Source: Pseudothermotoga sp.
GTDB lineage: Bacteria; Thermotogota; Thermotogae; Thermotogales; DSM-5069
Length of the DNA: 64,000 nt
Reading direction: 5' to 3' (one strand)
Assembly: GCA_031962025.1 (NCBI GenBank)
Contig: JAVRKW010000005.1
Shown: in pieces, positions 33,616-43,612 of the stretch
How the letters are laid out: each line of letters begins with the position of its first letter
Position numbering within the stretch: position 1 is the first letter of the stretch
Made by a program: the position numbers and the translations under genes
The notes under the pieces: generated by a model
Database searches by the model: none
Told to the model about the DNA's origin: nothing
What the model saw: the letters and a program-made list of their open reading frames with translations, nothing else

Positions 33616-34533
33616 CTACCTTTGTCTAAAAGAAAAAATGGTGCATACGGCAGGAAAGATGAATTGATCAAAATCTTCCATCTTTGCCATATACGTCAGA
33701 GTAAAAGCGGTGTTGTTCAAAAGAATATATGTCTGTAAACACCTATATGAAAAACCTTTTGAAGAAAATTGAAAGATCCTCCAGTAAAACTCATTTGCCT
33801 GAATCAGGTTTGTGCCGCTTGAGAGTTCGACGTAATCTGAAAGGTTAGTGAGAGAATTCTTCTTAACCAGTTGGGCATATTCTTTGACATCCAGTTTTCT
33901 TGACAACTCTTCTTTGACTATTTGAATATATCCTGCTTTTGCATCTTCAAGGGCTATGAATGAACCTATTTCTCCTTGAACTGGTTTAATGGCTTGGAAT
34001 GGCTTGATCAAATTCACCGAGTATCTGAATTCTTCGTTCAGATATTCCTGTTCAACAAAGGTGGTTTTCACACTGCCCATCGACAGTAAAGCAGGAACAA
34101 GATATCTGTAAAAATCTTCCTGCGTGGAATAGTAAGTCATGACATATCCTTTTTGAAACCTGATAAAGATCAACTGAAAGGCTTCTGATTTTGTGCCAGA
34201 AAGGTTGAGCGAAAATCTTCTGAAAAAGGCATTTAGATCATCTATCATAACAAATCCTGCGGCTGATTCTTCTGATCCGACAAATTGCATTCCTATCAAT
34301 TTTGAAAAAGTAATCAGGTCTGTGGACTGAGCGAGATTGACAGACAGTATCTGAAGTACAGAACTACTCGCTATAACCTTGAACAATCCTATTTCGTTTG
34401 GATTGACCGGCTTGACCATGACAAAAGGATCATAGACTGTTAAGGCAAGATCACCATTTGGAGAAAAATAAAGTATTTGACTAAACAAAGAAAGAGAAAA
34501 AAGGACCATCAACACGGTCAAAAGCCTCATCAA
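33616..34533 (-). CDS. Secreted hypothetical protein, PsbP/DcrB-like C-terminal domain
   Basis: Signal peptide; C-terminal QTYILLNNTAFTLTY..DFDQF pattern. Confidence 0.55.
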   Translation of the reverse strand: MMRLLTVLMVLFSLSLFSQILYFSPNGDLALTVYDPFVMVKPVNPNEIGLFKVIASSSVLQILSVNLAQSTDLITFSKLIGMQFVGSEESAAGFVMIDDLNAFFRRFSLNLSGTKSEAFQLIFIRFQKGYVMTYYSTQEDFYRYLVPALLSMGSVKTTFVEQEYLNEEFRYSVNLIKPFQAIKPVQGEIGSFIALEDAKAGYIQIVKEELSRKLDVKEYAQLVKKNSLTNLSDYVELSSGTNLIQANEFYWRIFQFSSKGFSYRCLQTYILLNNTAFTLTYMAKMEDFDQFIFPAVCTIFSFRQR

Positions 34534-34588
34534 ATCACCGTCCTTATATCATTATACACAATATCGCCAATAGTGTATAATAATCAAT

Positions 34589-35593
34589 ATGAAAATATCT
34601 AAAAAGATGATCGTATATGTTTTACTGGTGTTCTTATCGACAATGGTTCAGGCAAAGGTGGTGATCTTTTTATACCACCGTTTTGATGATGCCCGTTATC
34701 CTTCGACGAACACCTGGAGTTATGAGCTTGAAAAACACATTCAAATAGTAAAAGAATCTGGCTTTGAAATCTGGACAGTGAAAGACCTTGAAGACTATGT
34801 ATATGGAAGGAAAAAACCGCTAAAAGACGCTGTTGTTTTCACAGTGGACGACGGATACCGTTCGGTTTACGATAGCGCTTACAAAATCTTCAAAAAGCAC
34901 AATATTCCTTTCTGTGTATTCATTCAGGTGGGTGCTGTGGGATATCCAGACTATTTGACATGGGAAATGATCGCTGAAATGATCAAAGACGGTGTGGAAT
35001 TTGCAAACCACTCTTTCAGCCATCTGGATTTTCCTTCGCTTTTATCAAAAATGAATGAAGAGCAGATGGTTGAGTACTTCAAAAAAGATCTTGAAAAAGC
35101 TCAGCAAGTTTTCAGAGAAAAAACAGGTAAAACCATGATATACTACGCATACCCTTACGGGCATTATACTCAAAAAATGATCGATGCGTTAAAGCAGGAA
35201 GGCTTCGTGCTCGGTTTTACTCAAAACCCTGGTCCCTACGATCTGAGCTATGGAGCTTTTGAAATACCAAGAGAACCACTGCTTGAAGATTGGGCAGTTG
35301 AAAAACACGTAAGGTATATTTTGAACAGAGAACCACTTGTTACAGAAAATTTGCCATTTACTTTACAAAGTGGTATATTATCAATAAAGTCAAAGATCGT
35401 CATTCCAAAGGAGGTGAAATACGCGACCCTGTACGTGTCCGAGAAAGGTATAATTAAAAGCCGCCTTCAAGACAGCACAATTTTCGGTGAAGCTGTTTTG
35501 ACAAAGATGTACAACAGGCTCATGATCAGTGCAAATGACGGTAAAAAAGAGTACGTAAAGTACTATCTTGTATTCAACGCACAGGGTGAGTGA
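34589..35593 (+). CDS. Polysaccharide deacetylase (CE4)
   Basis: LYHRF, TVDDGY, NHSFSH, AYPYG; signal peptide. Confidence 0.92.
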   Translation: MKISKKMIVYVLLVFLSTMVQAKVVIFLYHRFDDARYPSTNTWSYELEKHIQIVKESGFEIWTVKDLEDYVYGRKKPLKDAVVFTVDDGYRSVYDSAYKIFKKHNIPFCVFIQVGAVGYPDYLTWEMIAEMIKDGVEFANHSFSHLDFPSLLSKMNEEQMVEYFKKDLEKAQQVFREKTGKTMIYYAYPYGHYTQKMIDALKQEGFVLGFTQNPGPYDLSYGAFEIPREPLLEDWAVEKHVRYILNREPLVTENLPFTLQSGILSIKSKIVIPKEVKYATLYVSEKGIIKSRLQDSTIFGEAVLTKMYNRLMISANDGKKEYVKYYLVFNAQGE

Positions 35594-35607
35594 ATTTATA
35601 AACAGAG

Positions 35608-36471
35608 GTGATGAGTTTGAAAAAGACCGCCATGGTTTTGATACTCACCGTTCTTTTTGCGACTGTACCGAAATTCACCTTTGAGCTTGTTAGTTATTTT
35701 GAAAGCTTTCAAGTACAAGAAGCACAGGTTGTTGAACTTGAATTTGAAAGTTACAGAGATGTCTTGGAGTTCTTTGAAAAGATAGGATATGATCTGAGCA
35801 AGAAAGAGGTCCCGGCAGTCATCTTGAAGAGATTGCCAAAGGATATGGACCAGATAAAAGATGTTCAACTGAAAAAAGATCTGTTCGTCAAGATAATGCT
35901 GCCGATAATATTAGAAGTAAACCAGCAGATCAGACAGGAAAGAGAATGTATTGCGAAACTGTCAAATGACAGTCAGGAATTGAAACACTATCTGACAAAA
36001 TACAGAGCAAAAACAAAACAGGAACTTCTTGAAAAAGTCGATGTGATACCTGTGGAAATCGCACTAGCTCAGGCAGCAATAGAATCGGCATGGGGAACTT
36101 CAAGGTTTGCCATAGAAGCAAACAACATCTTTGGGGAATGGACCTTCAGCCCGGGCAATGGAGTCGTACCAAGGGAACGCCCGGACGGTGAAATATACGA
36201 AGTGAGACAATTCACAGATCTGCTCAGTTCTGTAAAAAGTTATGCTTACAACCTGAATGTATCACCGTTCTACAAAGAGTTCAGAGCCATCAGATCTGGC
36301 AAAATCAAAAAACCAATCGAAGAAGGTCTGCTATATTATTCTCAGAGACGTGAGAACTATATTCAAGAAATCAAGATTATAATCGCAAAAAATAACTTTG
36401 CACAGCTTGATGAACAAAGATCATGTCCAATTCAAATTGCATTGATATCAGGTGCAAATTTGGTGAAATAA
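35608..36471 (+). CDS. GH73 glucosaminidase (Bax-like peptidoglycan hydrolase)
   Basis: LAQAAIESAWGTSRFA..NNIFG, YAYNLN. Confidence 0.88.
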   Translation: MMSLKKTAMVLILTVLFATVPKFTFELVSYFESFQVQEAQVVELEFESYRDVLEFFEKIGYDLSKKEVPAVILKRLPKDMDQIKDVQLKKDLFVKIMLPIILEVNQQIRQERECIAKLSNDSQELKHYLTKYRAKTKQELLEKVDVIPVEIALAQAAIESAWGTSRFAIEANNIFGEWTFSPGNGVVPRERPDGEIYEVRQFTDLLSSVKSYAYNLNVSPFYKEFRAIRSGKIKKPIEEGLLYYSQRRENYIQEIKIIIAKNNFAQLDEQRSCPIQIALISGANLVK

Positions 36472-36550
36472 TGTAATTAGACCAAAACAAAATGTTGATT
36501 TTTGAAAAAAAGAGTATAATATAGTAAAAACCCAAAAAGGAGGGATTTTT

Positions 36551-36955
36551 ATGATAAAAGGTTTTACCCTGATTGAGTTGTTAATCGTGCTGGCAGTGAT
36601 AGCCGCATTGATGGCTATCGTAACCCCTATCGCAATGAATGCCGTAGCACAGGCAAAAGCTACACAGGTGGCAAGCAACATGAGAAACATCAAGAGTGCT
36701 ATTGAAAGTTATGTGAACATTGAAAGACCAACGAATCTGGCTAGTTTGACTGTGAATGATTTGGTAAGTAGCGGATATTTATCAAGTAATCCAGGAACAG
36801 AATATACAATTGCGGGTTCTGCCTGGGATACAAGCGGTTCGGCAACAGTGACAATTTCTTTCACAGGAGCTGTCGATACCAATAAGTTACGCAATATCTA
36901 TCCGGAAATCACTACAAACAAACAGCTTAACTTAACTCTAAGAAAATGGTGGTAA
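36551..36955 (+). CDS. Type IV pilin
   Basis: MIKG|FTLIELLIVLAVIAALMAIVTP; own TATAAT at 36515 and strong SD. Confidence 0.92.
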   Translation: MIKGFTLIELLIVLAVIAALMAIVTPIAMNAVAQAKATQVASNMRNIKSAIESYVNIERPTNLASLTVNDLVSSGYLSSNPGTEYTIAGSAWDTSGSATVTISFTGAVDTNKLRNIYPEITTNKQLNLTLRKWW

Positions 36956-36976
36956 CCTAATTTTTGACCTAAAAGC

Positions 36977-37000
36977 ACCAGCAGGCTGGCGCCTGCTGGT
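36977..37000. terminator. Probable bidirectional terminator
   Basis: ACCAGCAGGC-TGGC-GCCTGCTGGT with A-rich 5' and T-rich 3' flanks, between convergent genes. Confidence 0.8.
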
Positions 37001-37033
37001 TTATGTTTTGAGTCTCAATCCAACATGAATTTT

Positions 37034-38476
37034 TTATCTTGTTTCAAAATACACGTTAAAGTCATTCTCAAGTAAAATGATAGATTGATTGATCTGTTTT
37101 TGGATTTTATCAATTTTTTCGCTTAAAAGATCTTTTGATTCTTCCGCTTTTTGTACCATCTCTAAAACCTTATCTTTGTGTGGTCCCCCTGATATCTTTC
37201 TCACTTTTACAAAATTTTCTATTGATAGTATTTCATTCAGCTGATCAGGCGTTATAGTAAACTTCTTTGAACAAAGTTGCTCAAATTTCCTACACAATCT
37301 TTCATAGTTCATACCAGATCTCACATAATCAGAAACAAGAGTGTGCGCCTGGCGGAAGCTGATTTTGAACCTTCTTACCAGTTCGTCCGCAAGTTCTGTG
37401 GTTGTTGCACCCGTTTTCAGCGCAAGATCTTTGACTTTTTGCTGGTCAACATCTACTTTTTGTAGAACTTCTTTTGATAGTATCAAAGCTTCTTTTGCTG
37501 TTTTCACACCATCAAGAAATTTGAAAAGCACAAAATCGCCATTTTCATTTACGTCCTGATATGCTGTGTTCACAAAAACCCTTTCAACTGTTTCGAAAAG
37601 ACCGTATGCGATATTTGCTCTTATTCTGATGTGTTCAAGTATCACAGGATTTCTCTTCTGCGGCATTATACTGCTTATCTGAACAAGTTCATCTGGAAAT
37701 TGAAAAATTCCAATTTCGCAGGAAGACTTGTGAATAAATTCCTGAGACAGTCTTGTGAGATCACTCATCAACATTTTCAGACAGGATGAAGGAAAACCGA
37801 CCCAATGTGATGTTACAATCGCCCTGTAAGAGTTTTCTACGGGTTCTGAAAAGCCAAGATAGTCGCTCACCATTTTTCTGTCTATTTCAAAACCTGTCGT
37901 GGTTATAGCACCAGAGCCCATCGGGCATAGGTTCACAATTTGCAGTGATTGAATCAAACTGTTCAGAATCTCAAGAAAATCGAATCCATAAGCGAGTAAA
38001 TAATGTGAAAAACTCGATACCTGAGCAGGCTGACCGTGTGTGTAGAGTAATACAACAGTTTCAAGGTTACCTTTTGCTTTTTCAATCACCGTGTCTACCA
38101 AATCAACCAACTGATATGAGAAATCTATCAATTCATCGCGAACGCACATCCGAAAAACAGTTGTGTCGATGTCATTTCTGCTCCTTGCCGTATGAAGAAA
38201 GCCGGCTTTTTCAGCACCTATCAGTTCAGAAAGCCTTTTTTCTACCAGAAAGACAAGATCCTCCGTCTGCTCCGGTAAGCTGTCATCGATCTTCTCACTT
38301 TCCATTTTTTTCAAACCACGTGCTATTTGAACAGAGATGTCTTGTGAAAGCACCTTTGTTTTTGTTAGCATCAATAGATGCGCTTTGTTTATCTGCATGT
38401 AGTACTTAAGGAATTTTTTCCAGTTTTCGAAAGAACTGTCCAACACGATTTTTTTGTAAATCTGTGAAAAACTCAT
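37034..38476 (-). CDS. Argininosuccinate lyase-like (fumarase/aspartase superfamily) lyase
   Basis: HTARSRND, YTHGQPAQ, SSIMPQKRNP; diverges from ArgH at EDIH and NRDLQE motifs. Confidence 0.85.
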   Translation of the reverse strand: MSFSQIYKKIVLDSSFENWKKFLKYYMQINKAHLLMLTKTKVLSQDISVQIARGLKKMESEKIDDSLPEQTEDLVFLVEKRLSELIGAEKAGFLHTARSRNDIDTTVFRMCVRDELIDFSYQLVDLVDTVIEKAKGNLETVVLLYTHGQPAQVSSFSHYLLAYGFDFLEILNSLIQSLQIVNLCPMGSGAITTTGFEIDRKMVSDYLGFSEPVENSYRAIVTSHWVGFPSSCLKMLMSDLTRLSQEFIHKSSCEIGIFQFPDELVQISSIMPQKRNPVILEHIRIRANIAYGLFETVERVFVNTAYQDVNENGDFVLFKFLDGVKTAKEALILSKEVLQKVDVDQQKVKDLALKTGATTTELADELVRRFKISFRQAHTLVSDYVRSGMNYERLCRKFEQLCSKKFTITPDQLNEILSIENFVKVRKISGGPHKDKVLEMVQKAEESKDLLSEKIDKIQKQINQSIILLENDFNVYFETR

Positions 38477-39360
38477 ACAATCAGCCCCAGTATCTCAGCG
38501 ATGTTTTTGTAGAGTACGCGGTCGATCTCATCATCAGTGTAACCCACATTTATCATCGCCCTTAACTGTTCATCAAGGTATGCTTTGCAAAAACCACGAG
38601 GGAACCAGCTTGAGTCCGTGCCAAAGATGATCCTTTCTGGTCCTATTGTCTCTTTGTATTTTCTGAACAGCATCTCAAGATTGAGTTCATACGGCATCCA
38701 TCTTGTCCATTGATTTGAACCACTCGTGTCAATGTAGACATTCGAACATGCCCAGCACAGATTGAGTGTTTCAAAGACATATCCACAACCAAAATGTGGA
38801 ACGATGAATTTTATCTTTTTGAACTGCTTAGCCACATCGTGAATGACCAGAGGATTTATATTCACATGGTACGCGATACCCCCGGCAGCACCCATAATAC
38901 CAAAATGTATCAAAACCGGTATCTGGTATGAATTTGCGACCTCCCACACCGGATAGAGTGACCTGTCGTTCAAGGGTGTGCTAACCGCCGGTCCCAAGAT
39001 TTTGTATCCTTTAAGACCTTTTTTGAGAAAATCTTCAAGTTCCTGCGCCGCATTTTCACAGGACGGATCATGGTGTGCATATCCAATGAATTTATCTGGA
39101 TGTTTCAAAACCAGTTTCAACATATTCTGGTTGCCGTTTGCGGTTACAAAAATCACTCTGTCAATGGAATATTCGACAGTTTCTCTGTACCACAGCTCAG
39201 AAAGTTCATCAAAGTCATCTATCTGCACCGGTTTAGGAAAATCCCATGCCCTGAACCATCTTTCCTTTTCTTTTTTCATCCATGGATCTGTTTCTGATTC
39301 TTTTTTGAAAAAACCAGTCGGAAAATGAACATGTGAATCGATCAATTTCACACAAATCAT
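38473..39360 (-). CDS. Amidohydrolase_2 family metalloenzyme
   Basis: IDSHVH, PVLIH, PHFG, IFGTDS. Confidence 0.88.
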   Translation of the reverse strand: MICVKLIDSHVHFPTGFFKKESETDPWMKKEKERWFRAWDFPKPVQIDDFDELSELWYRETVEYSIDRVIFVTANGNQNMLKLVLKHPDKFIGYAHHDPSCENAAQELEDFLKKGLKGYKILGPAVSTPLNDRSLYPVWEVANSYQIPVLIHFGIMGAAGGIAYHVNINPLVIHDVAKQFKKIKFIVPHFGCGYVFETLNLCWACSNVYIDTSGSNQWTRWMPYELNLEMLFRKYKETIGPERIIFGTDSSWFPRGFCKAYLDEQLRAMINVGYTDDEIDRVLYKNIAEILGLIV

Positions 39361-40178
39361 CCTTTCAATCCAGAAAGCATTATTCCCCTTATAATCTGTT
39401 TTTGGAATATCAGAAAAACAACTATCAGCGGAATTGTTGAGATGGTCGCTCCGGTCATGATGAGCTCCCAGTGCATTAAATTTTCACTTGAAAAATAAGC
39501 CAATCCCACTGGCAAGGTGTACATCTTCGGCTTTGAAGAAACTATCAATGGCCAGAGAAAAGCGTTCCAGTTGCCTATGAAGTTCAAAATCGCCAGCGAG
39601 GCTAATGCGGGTTTAACAAGAGGCAGTGCTATTTTGTAGAATATTCCAAATTCAGACACTCCGTCGATCCTTGCCGCATCTAAAAGATCGTCTGGTATCG
39701 TCTCCATGAACTGTCTCATCAGAAAAATTCCAAAAGCAGTTATCATGCCGGGAAACATTATTCCCCAGTATGTGTCAATCCACCCGAGCTTTGAGGACAT
39801 TATGTACCATGGTATTATGAGCATCTCTGTGGGAATCATCAGAGTGCTCAAAATGAAAATGAAGATGATATTTCTTCCTGGAAAACGATATTTGGCTATC
39901 GTGTACCCCACAAGAGAATCAAAGAATAAAACGGAAAAGGTAGTTGATAGAGCTACAAGTACACTGTTCAAAAACCAGTTTGGAAAAAGCGAAGAACTCA
40001 TTATCTGCCTGTAATTGTCAAGCGTTGGGGTTTTGGGAAACAAATAGGGTCTGTATATCTCCCTGAAAGGTTTTAAGGATGATAGAACCATCCAGAAAAA
40101 TGGAAAGGTCATGACGATTATCAAAGCAGTTAAAATGACGTAACTCATGAACTTGATGACTTTATCTGATCTTGTCAT
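39357..40178 (-). CDS. Carbohydrate ABC permease
   Basis: LLDAARIDG, WNAFLWP. Confidence 0.93.
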   Translation of the reverse strand: MTRSDKVIKFMSYVILTALIIVMTFPFFWMVLSSLKPFREIYRPYLFPKTPTLDNYRQIMSSSLFPNWFLNSVLVALSTTFSVLFFDSLVGYTIAKYRFPGRNIIFIFILSTLMIPTEMLIIPWYIMSSKLGWIDTYWGIMFPGMITAFGIFLMRQFMETIPDDLLDAARIDGVSEFGIFYKIALPLVKPALASLAILNFIGNWNAFLWPLIVSSKPKMYTLPVGLAYFSSENLMHWELIMTGATISTIPLIVVFLIFQKQIIRGIMLSGLKG

Positions 40179-40187
40179 TTTATCACC

Positions 40188-41075
40188 TCAGTACTGGATC
40201 TTTCTGTTCAAAACCTTGAGCTGAACTATGGTTATTCCAAGTATGATGAGAAACAGAATAACAGTTGCAGCAGCAGCCGTTCCCATGTCGAATGATTTGA
40301 ATGCCTTCTGGTATATGTAGAGCACCAGTGGTTTGGTGGAATTCAAAGGACCTCCTGATCCCTGGTCGCTCATGTTGTAAACCTGAGTGAATATTCTCAG
40401 AAACATTATTGTCTCCATCACCGATAAAAAGACGATCACGGGATTGAGCAATGGAATGGTTATTTTGAACAGCAACTGCCTTCGATTTGCACCGTCCACC
40501 TTCGCAGCCTCAAGGTACTCTTTTGGTATACTCTGAAGGCCTGCAAGAAAAATGATCACACAGTAGCCAACTTCAATCCAGACCGTCGTTGCAACTATTG
40601 AAGGCAAAGCTTCGGTCGTGCTCATTAAAAAACTTCTGGCAGGTATGCCAAAAAGACCCAAAAAATTGTTTATAACACCGGTTGGCGGTTTCTGGTACAT
40701 CCATCTCCAGACCCAGCTCGTGGCTACAAGCGGTGTGATATAAGGCATGACGTAGATCAACCTGTAAAATCCCTGAAATCTTGTGATGTTGTTCAGTAAA
40801 AGTGCAAGTATCAGTGAAAGGATTATCACGCTCGGTACACCATATACCACATATTTCAGCGTATTGAATAAAGATATTCTGAAAACAGGATCTTTGAAGA
40901 TAGTCACATAATTTGAAAGACCAACAAAATTTTTCACAGGAGATATTATGTTCCAGTCTGTGAAGCTGATATAAAAGGCAGATATCATTGGATAAAAACG
41001 TATAAAAGCGAAAAAAGTGAGCGGTATCAAAAGAAAAAGATATGCAGTCAAAATCTTTTTTTGTCTGAGCTTCAT
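40188..41075 (-). CDS. Carbohydrate ABC permease
   Basis: LEAAKVDGA, GGPLNST. Confidence 0.93.
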   Translation of the reverse strand: MKLRQKKILTAYLFLLIPLTFFAFIRFYPMISAFYISFTDWNIISPVKNFVGLSNYVTIFKDPVFRISLFNTLKYVVYGVPSVIILSLILALLLNNITRFQGFYRLIYVMPYITPLVATSWVWRWMYQKPPTGVINNFLGLFGIPARSFLMSTTEALPSIVATTVWIEVGYCVIIFLAGLQSIPKEYLEAAKVDGANRRQLLFKITIPLLNPVIVFLSVMETIMFLRIFTQVYNMSDQGSGGPLNSTKPLVLYIYQKAFKSFDMGTAAAATVILFLIILGITIVQLKVLNRKIQY

Positions 41076-41090
41076 ATTTTCACCTCAAAA

Positions 41091-41112
41091 GGGCGCGACT
41101 TCAGTCGCGCCC
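41091..41112 (-). terminator. Intercistronic stem-loop/partial terminator after binding-protein gene
   Basis: GGGCGCGAC-4nt-GTCGCGCCC followed by TTTT on minus strand. Confidence 0.75.
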
Positions 41113-41117
41113 GTATT

Positions 41118-42362
41118 TCATTTGCCCACCGATTTCCAGAATTTGTCCAAAATACTCTGCTCAGTCTGTGCAGCTTCTTTGAAAGCCTGTTCAGGTGAAA
41201 TCCCCTTGAGCCAGACCTTGTCAACGGCATCCATCATGACCTGCCTTTGTGCTGTTTCATCCACAAACATCGTTGCGTGTGCATACTCAAGACCTTTTAA
41301 GAACGGACCGTAAACCGGATCGTTGTAATATTTCTGTGCCACAGCAGGATTTGCAGGTAGTTCTCCAACTTTTTCGAGCCAGATTTCCATCACTCTGTCG
41401 CTGGAGAGGAATTTTATAAACTTGATCGCAGCGTCTAATTTTTCTCCAGTTGCATTCTTTGTAATTCCATTTGCCCAGAAAGAAGCAAAATTGGATTTAA
41501 TCCCATTGTATTCTGGCAGTTCGGCAACACCAAAGTTTATACCAGCCTTTTTCAATGAAGCGATTCTGAAGGATCCATCGATGTTCATTGCAGCTGCCTG
41601 AGATGTGAAAGCAGTGATATCGTCGTTCATAAAACCTGGATAGCCAACCTTGTGAACTGTTATAAGATCTGTGTAAAATTTGAGCGCCTCAGGAACATTC
41701 TGATAGGTTACCTTCGTATAATCATCGCTGTACGGTGCTCCTCCAAACTGTCTGGTCAGGACTTCTCTTATCCAGTGGTGACCTTGTCCAGATGGCTGTG
41801 TTGCCAAACCTGCCTGAACTATATTGCCCTGTTTATCATACTTTGTGAGTTTTTTTGCCATTTCGACAAGTTCCTGAAGTGTCCTTGGAGGCTTTTGTGG
41901 ATCCAGACCGGCTTCTTTGAAAAGATCTTTATTCCAGAACAGAGCAAGACTTCTTACGGCTATCGGCAGAGCATAACGTTCATTCATGAATTCAACACCC
42001 TTTGGGACAAAAGAGAAGAAGTTATTTGCGAAATACTCATCTGAAAATTCACTCTTTGGAAGAGGTTGCAGATAGCCGGAAGTGACGTATTTTGGTATCC
42101 ATCCATAGTACAGGTTTACCACATCCGGTCCAGTTCCGGCAGGTATAGATGCTGCAACTTTTTCGTTGAAAGTTTCATAAGGAAAGGTCACATGTTCGAC
42201 TTCGATATCCGGATAGAGTTTCTGAAATTCCTTGATCAGTTCGTCGATTGCCTTGACCTTTGTTTCAAAATAGTACTGCCAGTAAACTATCTTGACTTTT
42301 GCAAAGATAGAGACAGAGACAATTAAAAGAACAGCCAAAACAACCAGCAAATACCTCTTCAC
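41118..42362 (-). CDS. Carbohydrate ABC substrate-binding protein (family 1)
   Basis: Signal peptide, GTGPDVV, ALFWNKDLF, PPRT. Confidence 0.92.
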   Translation of the reverse strand: MKRYLLVVLAVLLIVSVSIFAKVKIVYWQYYFETKVKAIDELIKEFQKLYPDIEVEHVTFPYETFNEKVAASIPAGTGPDVVNLYYGWIPKYVTSGYLQPLPKSEFSDEYFANNFFSFVPKGVEFMNERYALPIAVRSLALFWNKDLFKEAGLDPQKPPRTLQELVEMAKKLTKYDKQGNIVQAGLATQPSGQGHHWIREVLTRQFGGAPYSDDYTKVTYQNVPEALKFYTDLITVHKVGYPGFMNDDITAFTSQAAAMNIDGSFRIASLKKAGINFGVAELPEYNGIKSNFASFWANGITKNATGEKLDAAIKFIKFLSSDRVMEIWLEKVGELPANPAVAQKYYNDPVYGPFLKGLEYAHATMFVDETAQRQVMMDAVDKVWLKGISPEQAFKEAAQTEQSILDKFWKSVGK

Positions 42363-42374
42363 AGTAACACCTCC

Positions 42375-43502
42375 TCATATGATGAAAATATTTTCCTGCA
42401 CCATGTAGATTGCACCTAAGACAACTCCTAAGTCTGCGAGACTGGCTTTTGTGAAAATGATATCTTTTAGAATCTCTCTGGGAGTGATATTTTCAAGCAC
42501 AGGCAGGATTCTTTTGATGATCCTTTCATACTGATTGTACCCTATCCCACCCCCTATCACAACAACATCCGGATTGAGAAGACACACGGCATTTGATATG
42601 GCAAAAGCAAGATGTTCACAGGCTTCATCAACGATTTTTCCAAAATTGGGATCAAAGTCGCTCAGCTCGAAAAACTCTTTCACAGTTGTTTGCACACGGT
42701 TGTCTTTGAGTATTTTTTCAAAATAATAACCCGAAAACCACCTTTCTAACCTGCCGAATGGTAAATCGTGATCTTTTTCTTTGGACCAGTCTGTTATCAT
42801 GTAACCAATTTCACCAGCCATTCCACTACTGCCTTCATAGAGTTTGCCATTTATTATTATCCCGGCGCCAGTTCCCGTACCGAGTGAGATCATCAAAACG
42901 TTTTTATAACCCTTTGCTGCTCCTTTCCACATCTCACCAAGAGCATTCAGTGTCACATCGTTTCCCACAAAAACTGGCACTCCCGTGATACTTTGCAGGT
43001 CCTGCTTGAGTGGTATATCTTTCAGATCAAATGCCGGCATGTAACTCACAAAACCTGTTTTTGAATCCACAGTGCCCGGAACACCTATACCTATTCCCAA
43101 AAGTTTTTGAGTATCTTGTTTCATCGACTCAACGATATTTCTTATTAGACCGTATAGATCACTTTTTGATCTGACAGTTTTTGAAGAAAAATTCTTCGCA
43201 AGTAGAATTTCACCATTCAAATCAGTCACAACTGCCTTGATTTTGCTACCACCCACATCGATACCGATTATTTGACGGTATTGAGGGTTAAAAGAAAGAA
43301 GAATAGGTTTTTTCCCTCCCCTGGATGTACTCCTGCCCTTGCTTGTTTCCTTCACTATACCAAGTTCAACAAGCTTCTGAACCGCTTCAGAAACCATCGG
43401 TTTGCTCATTCCAATCTGCGAGGCTATGCGTGCCCTTGATACAGGTGAATTTCTTCGAATAAACTCCAGTACACGGGCTTCAGAATTCTTGAATAAGTGC
43501 AA
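42375..43502 (-). CDS. ROK family transcriptional regulator
   Basis: N-terminal wHTH (SRARIA..GMSKP), GIDVGG, GNDV, GEIGY; likely TTG start 43502 after AAAGGAG. Confidence 0.92.
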   Translation of the reverse strand: MHLFKNSEARVLEFIRRNSPVSRARIASQIGMSKPMVSEAVQKLVELGIVKETSKGRSTSRGGKKPILLSFNPQYRQIIGIDVGGSKIKAVVTDLNGEILLAKNFSSKTVRSKSDLYGLIRNIVESMKQDTQKLLGIGIGVPGTVDSKTGFVSYMPAFDLKDIPLKQDLQSITGVPVFVGNDVTLNALGEMWKGAAKGYKNVLMISLGTGTGAGIIINGKLYEGSSGMAGEIGYMITDWSKEKDHDLPFGRLERWFSGYYFEKILKDNRVQTTVKEFFELSDFDPNFGKIVDEACEHLAFAISNAVCLLNPDVVVIGGGIGYNQYERIIKRILPVLENITPREILKDIIFTKASLADLGVVLGAIYMVQENIFII

Positions 43503-43550
43503 CTGTCTCTCTCCTTTCAAAGCTCTTGCCTTTAACTCATCTCACTCAAA

Positions 43551-43585
43551 TGTTGTTAGTTAGTTAATATATCTTACTAACAACA
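43551..43585. promoter_or_regulatory. Palindromic operator, probable ROK binding site
   Basis: TGTTGTTAGT-N15-ACTAACAACA perfect 10-bp inverted repeat overlapping the predicted TSS. Confidence 0.75.
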
Positions 43586-43612
43586 GAGTATCACTTTTTC
43601 CGTTGCTGTCAA
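43585..43612 (-). promoter_or_regulatory. sigmaA promoter of ROK-ABC operon
   Basis: TTGACA-16nt-TACTCT with TG extension on minus strand. Confidence 0.7.

Noticed and set aside
37034..38476. Calling the lyase argH
   Set aside because: ArgH-specific motifs are altered and the context is catabolic, so no gene symbol was given
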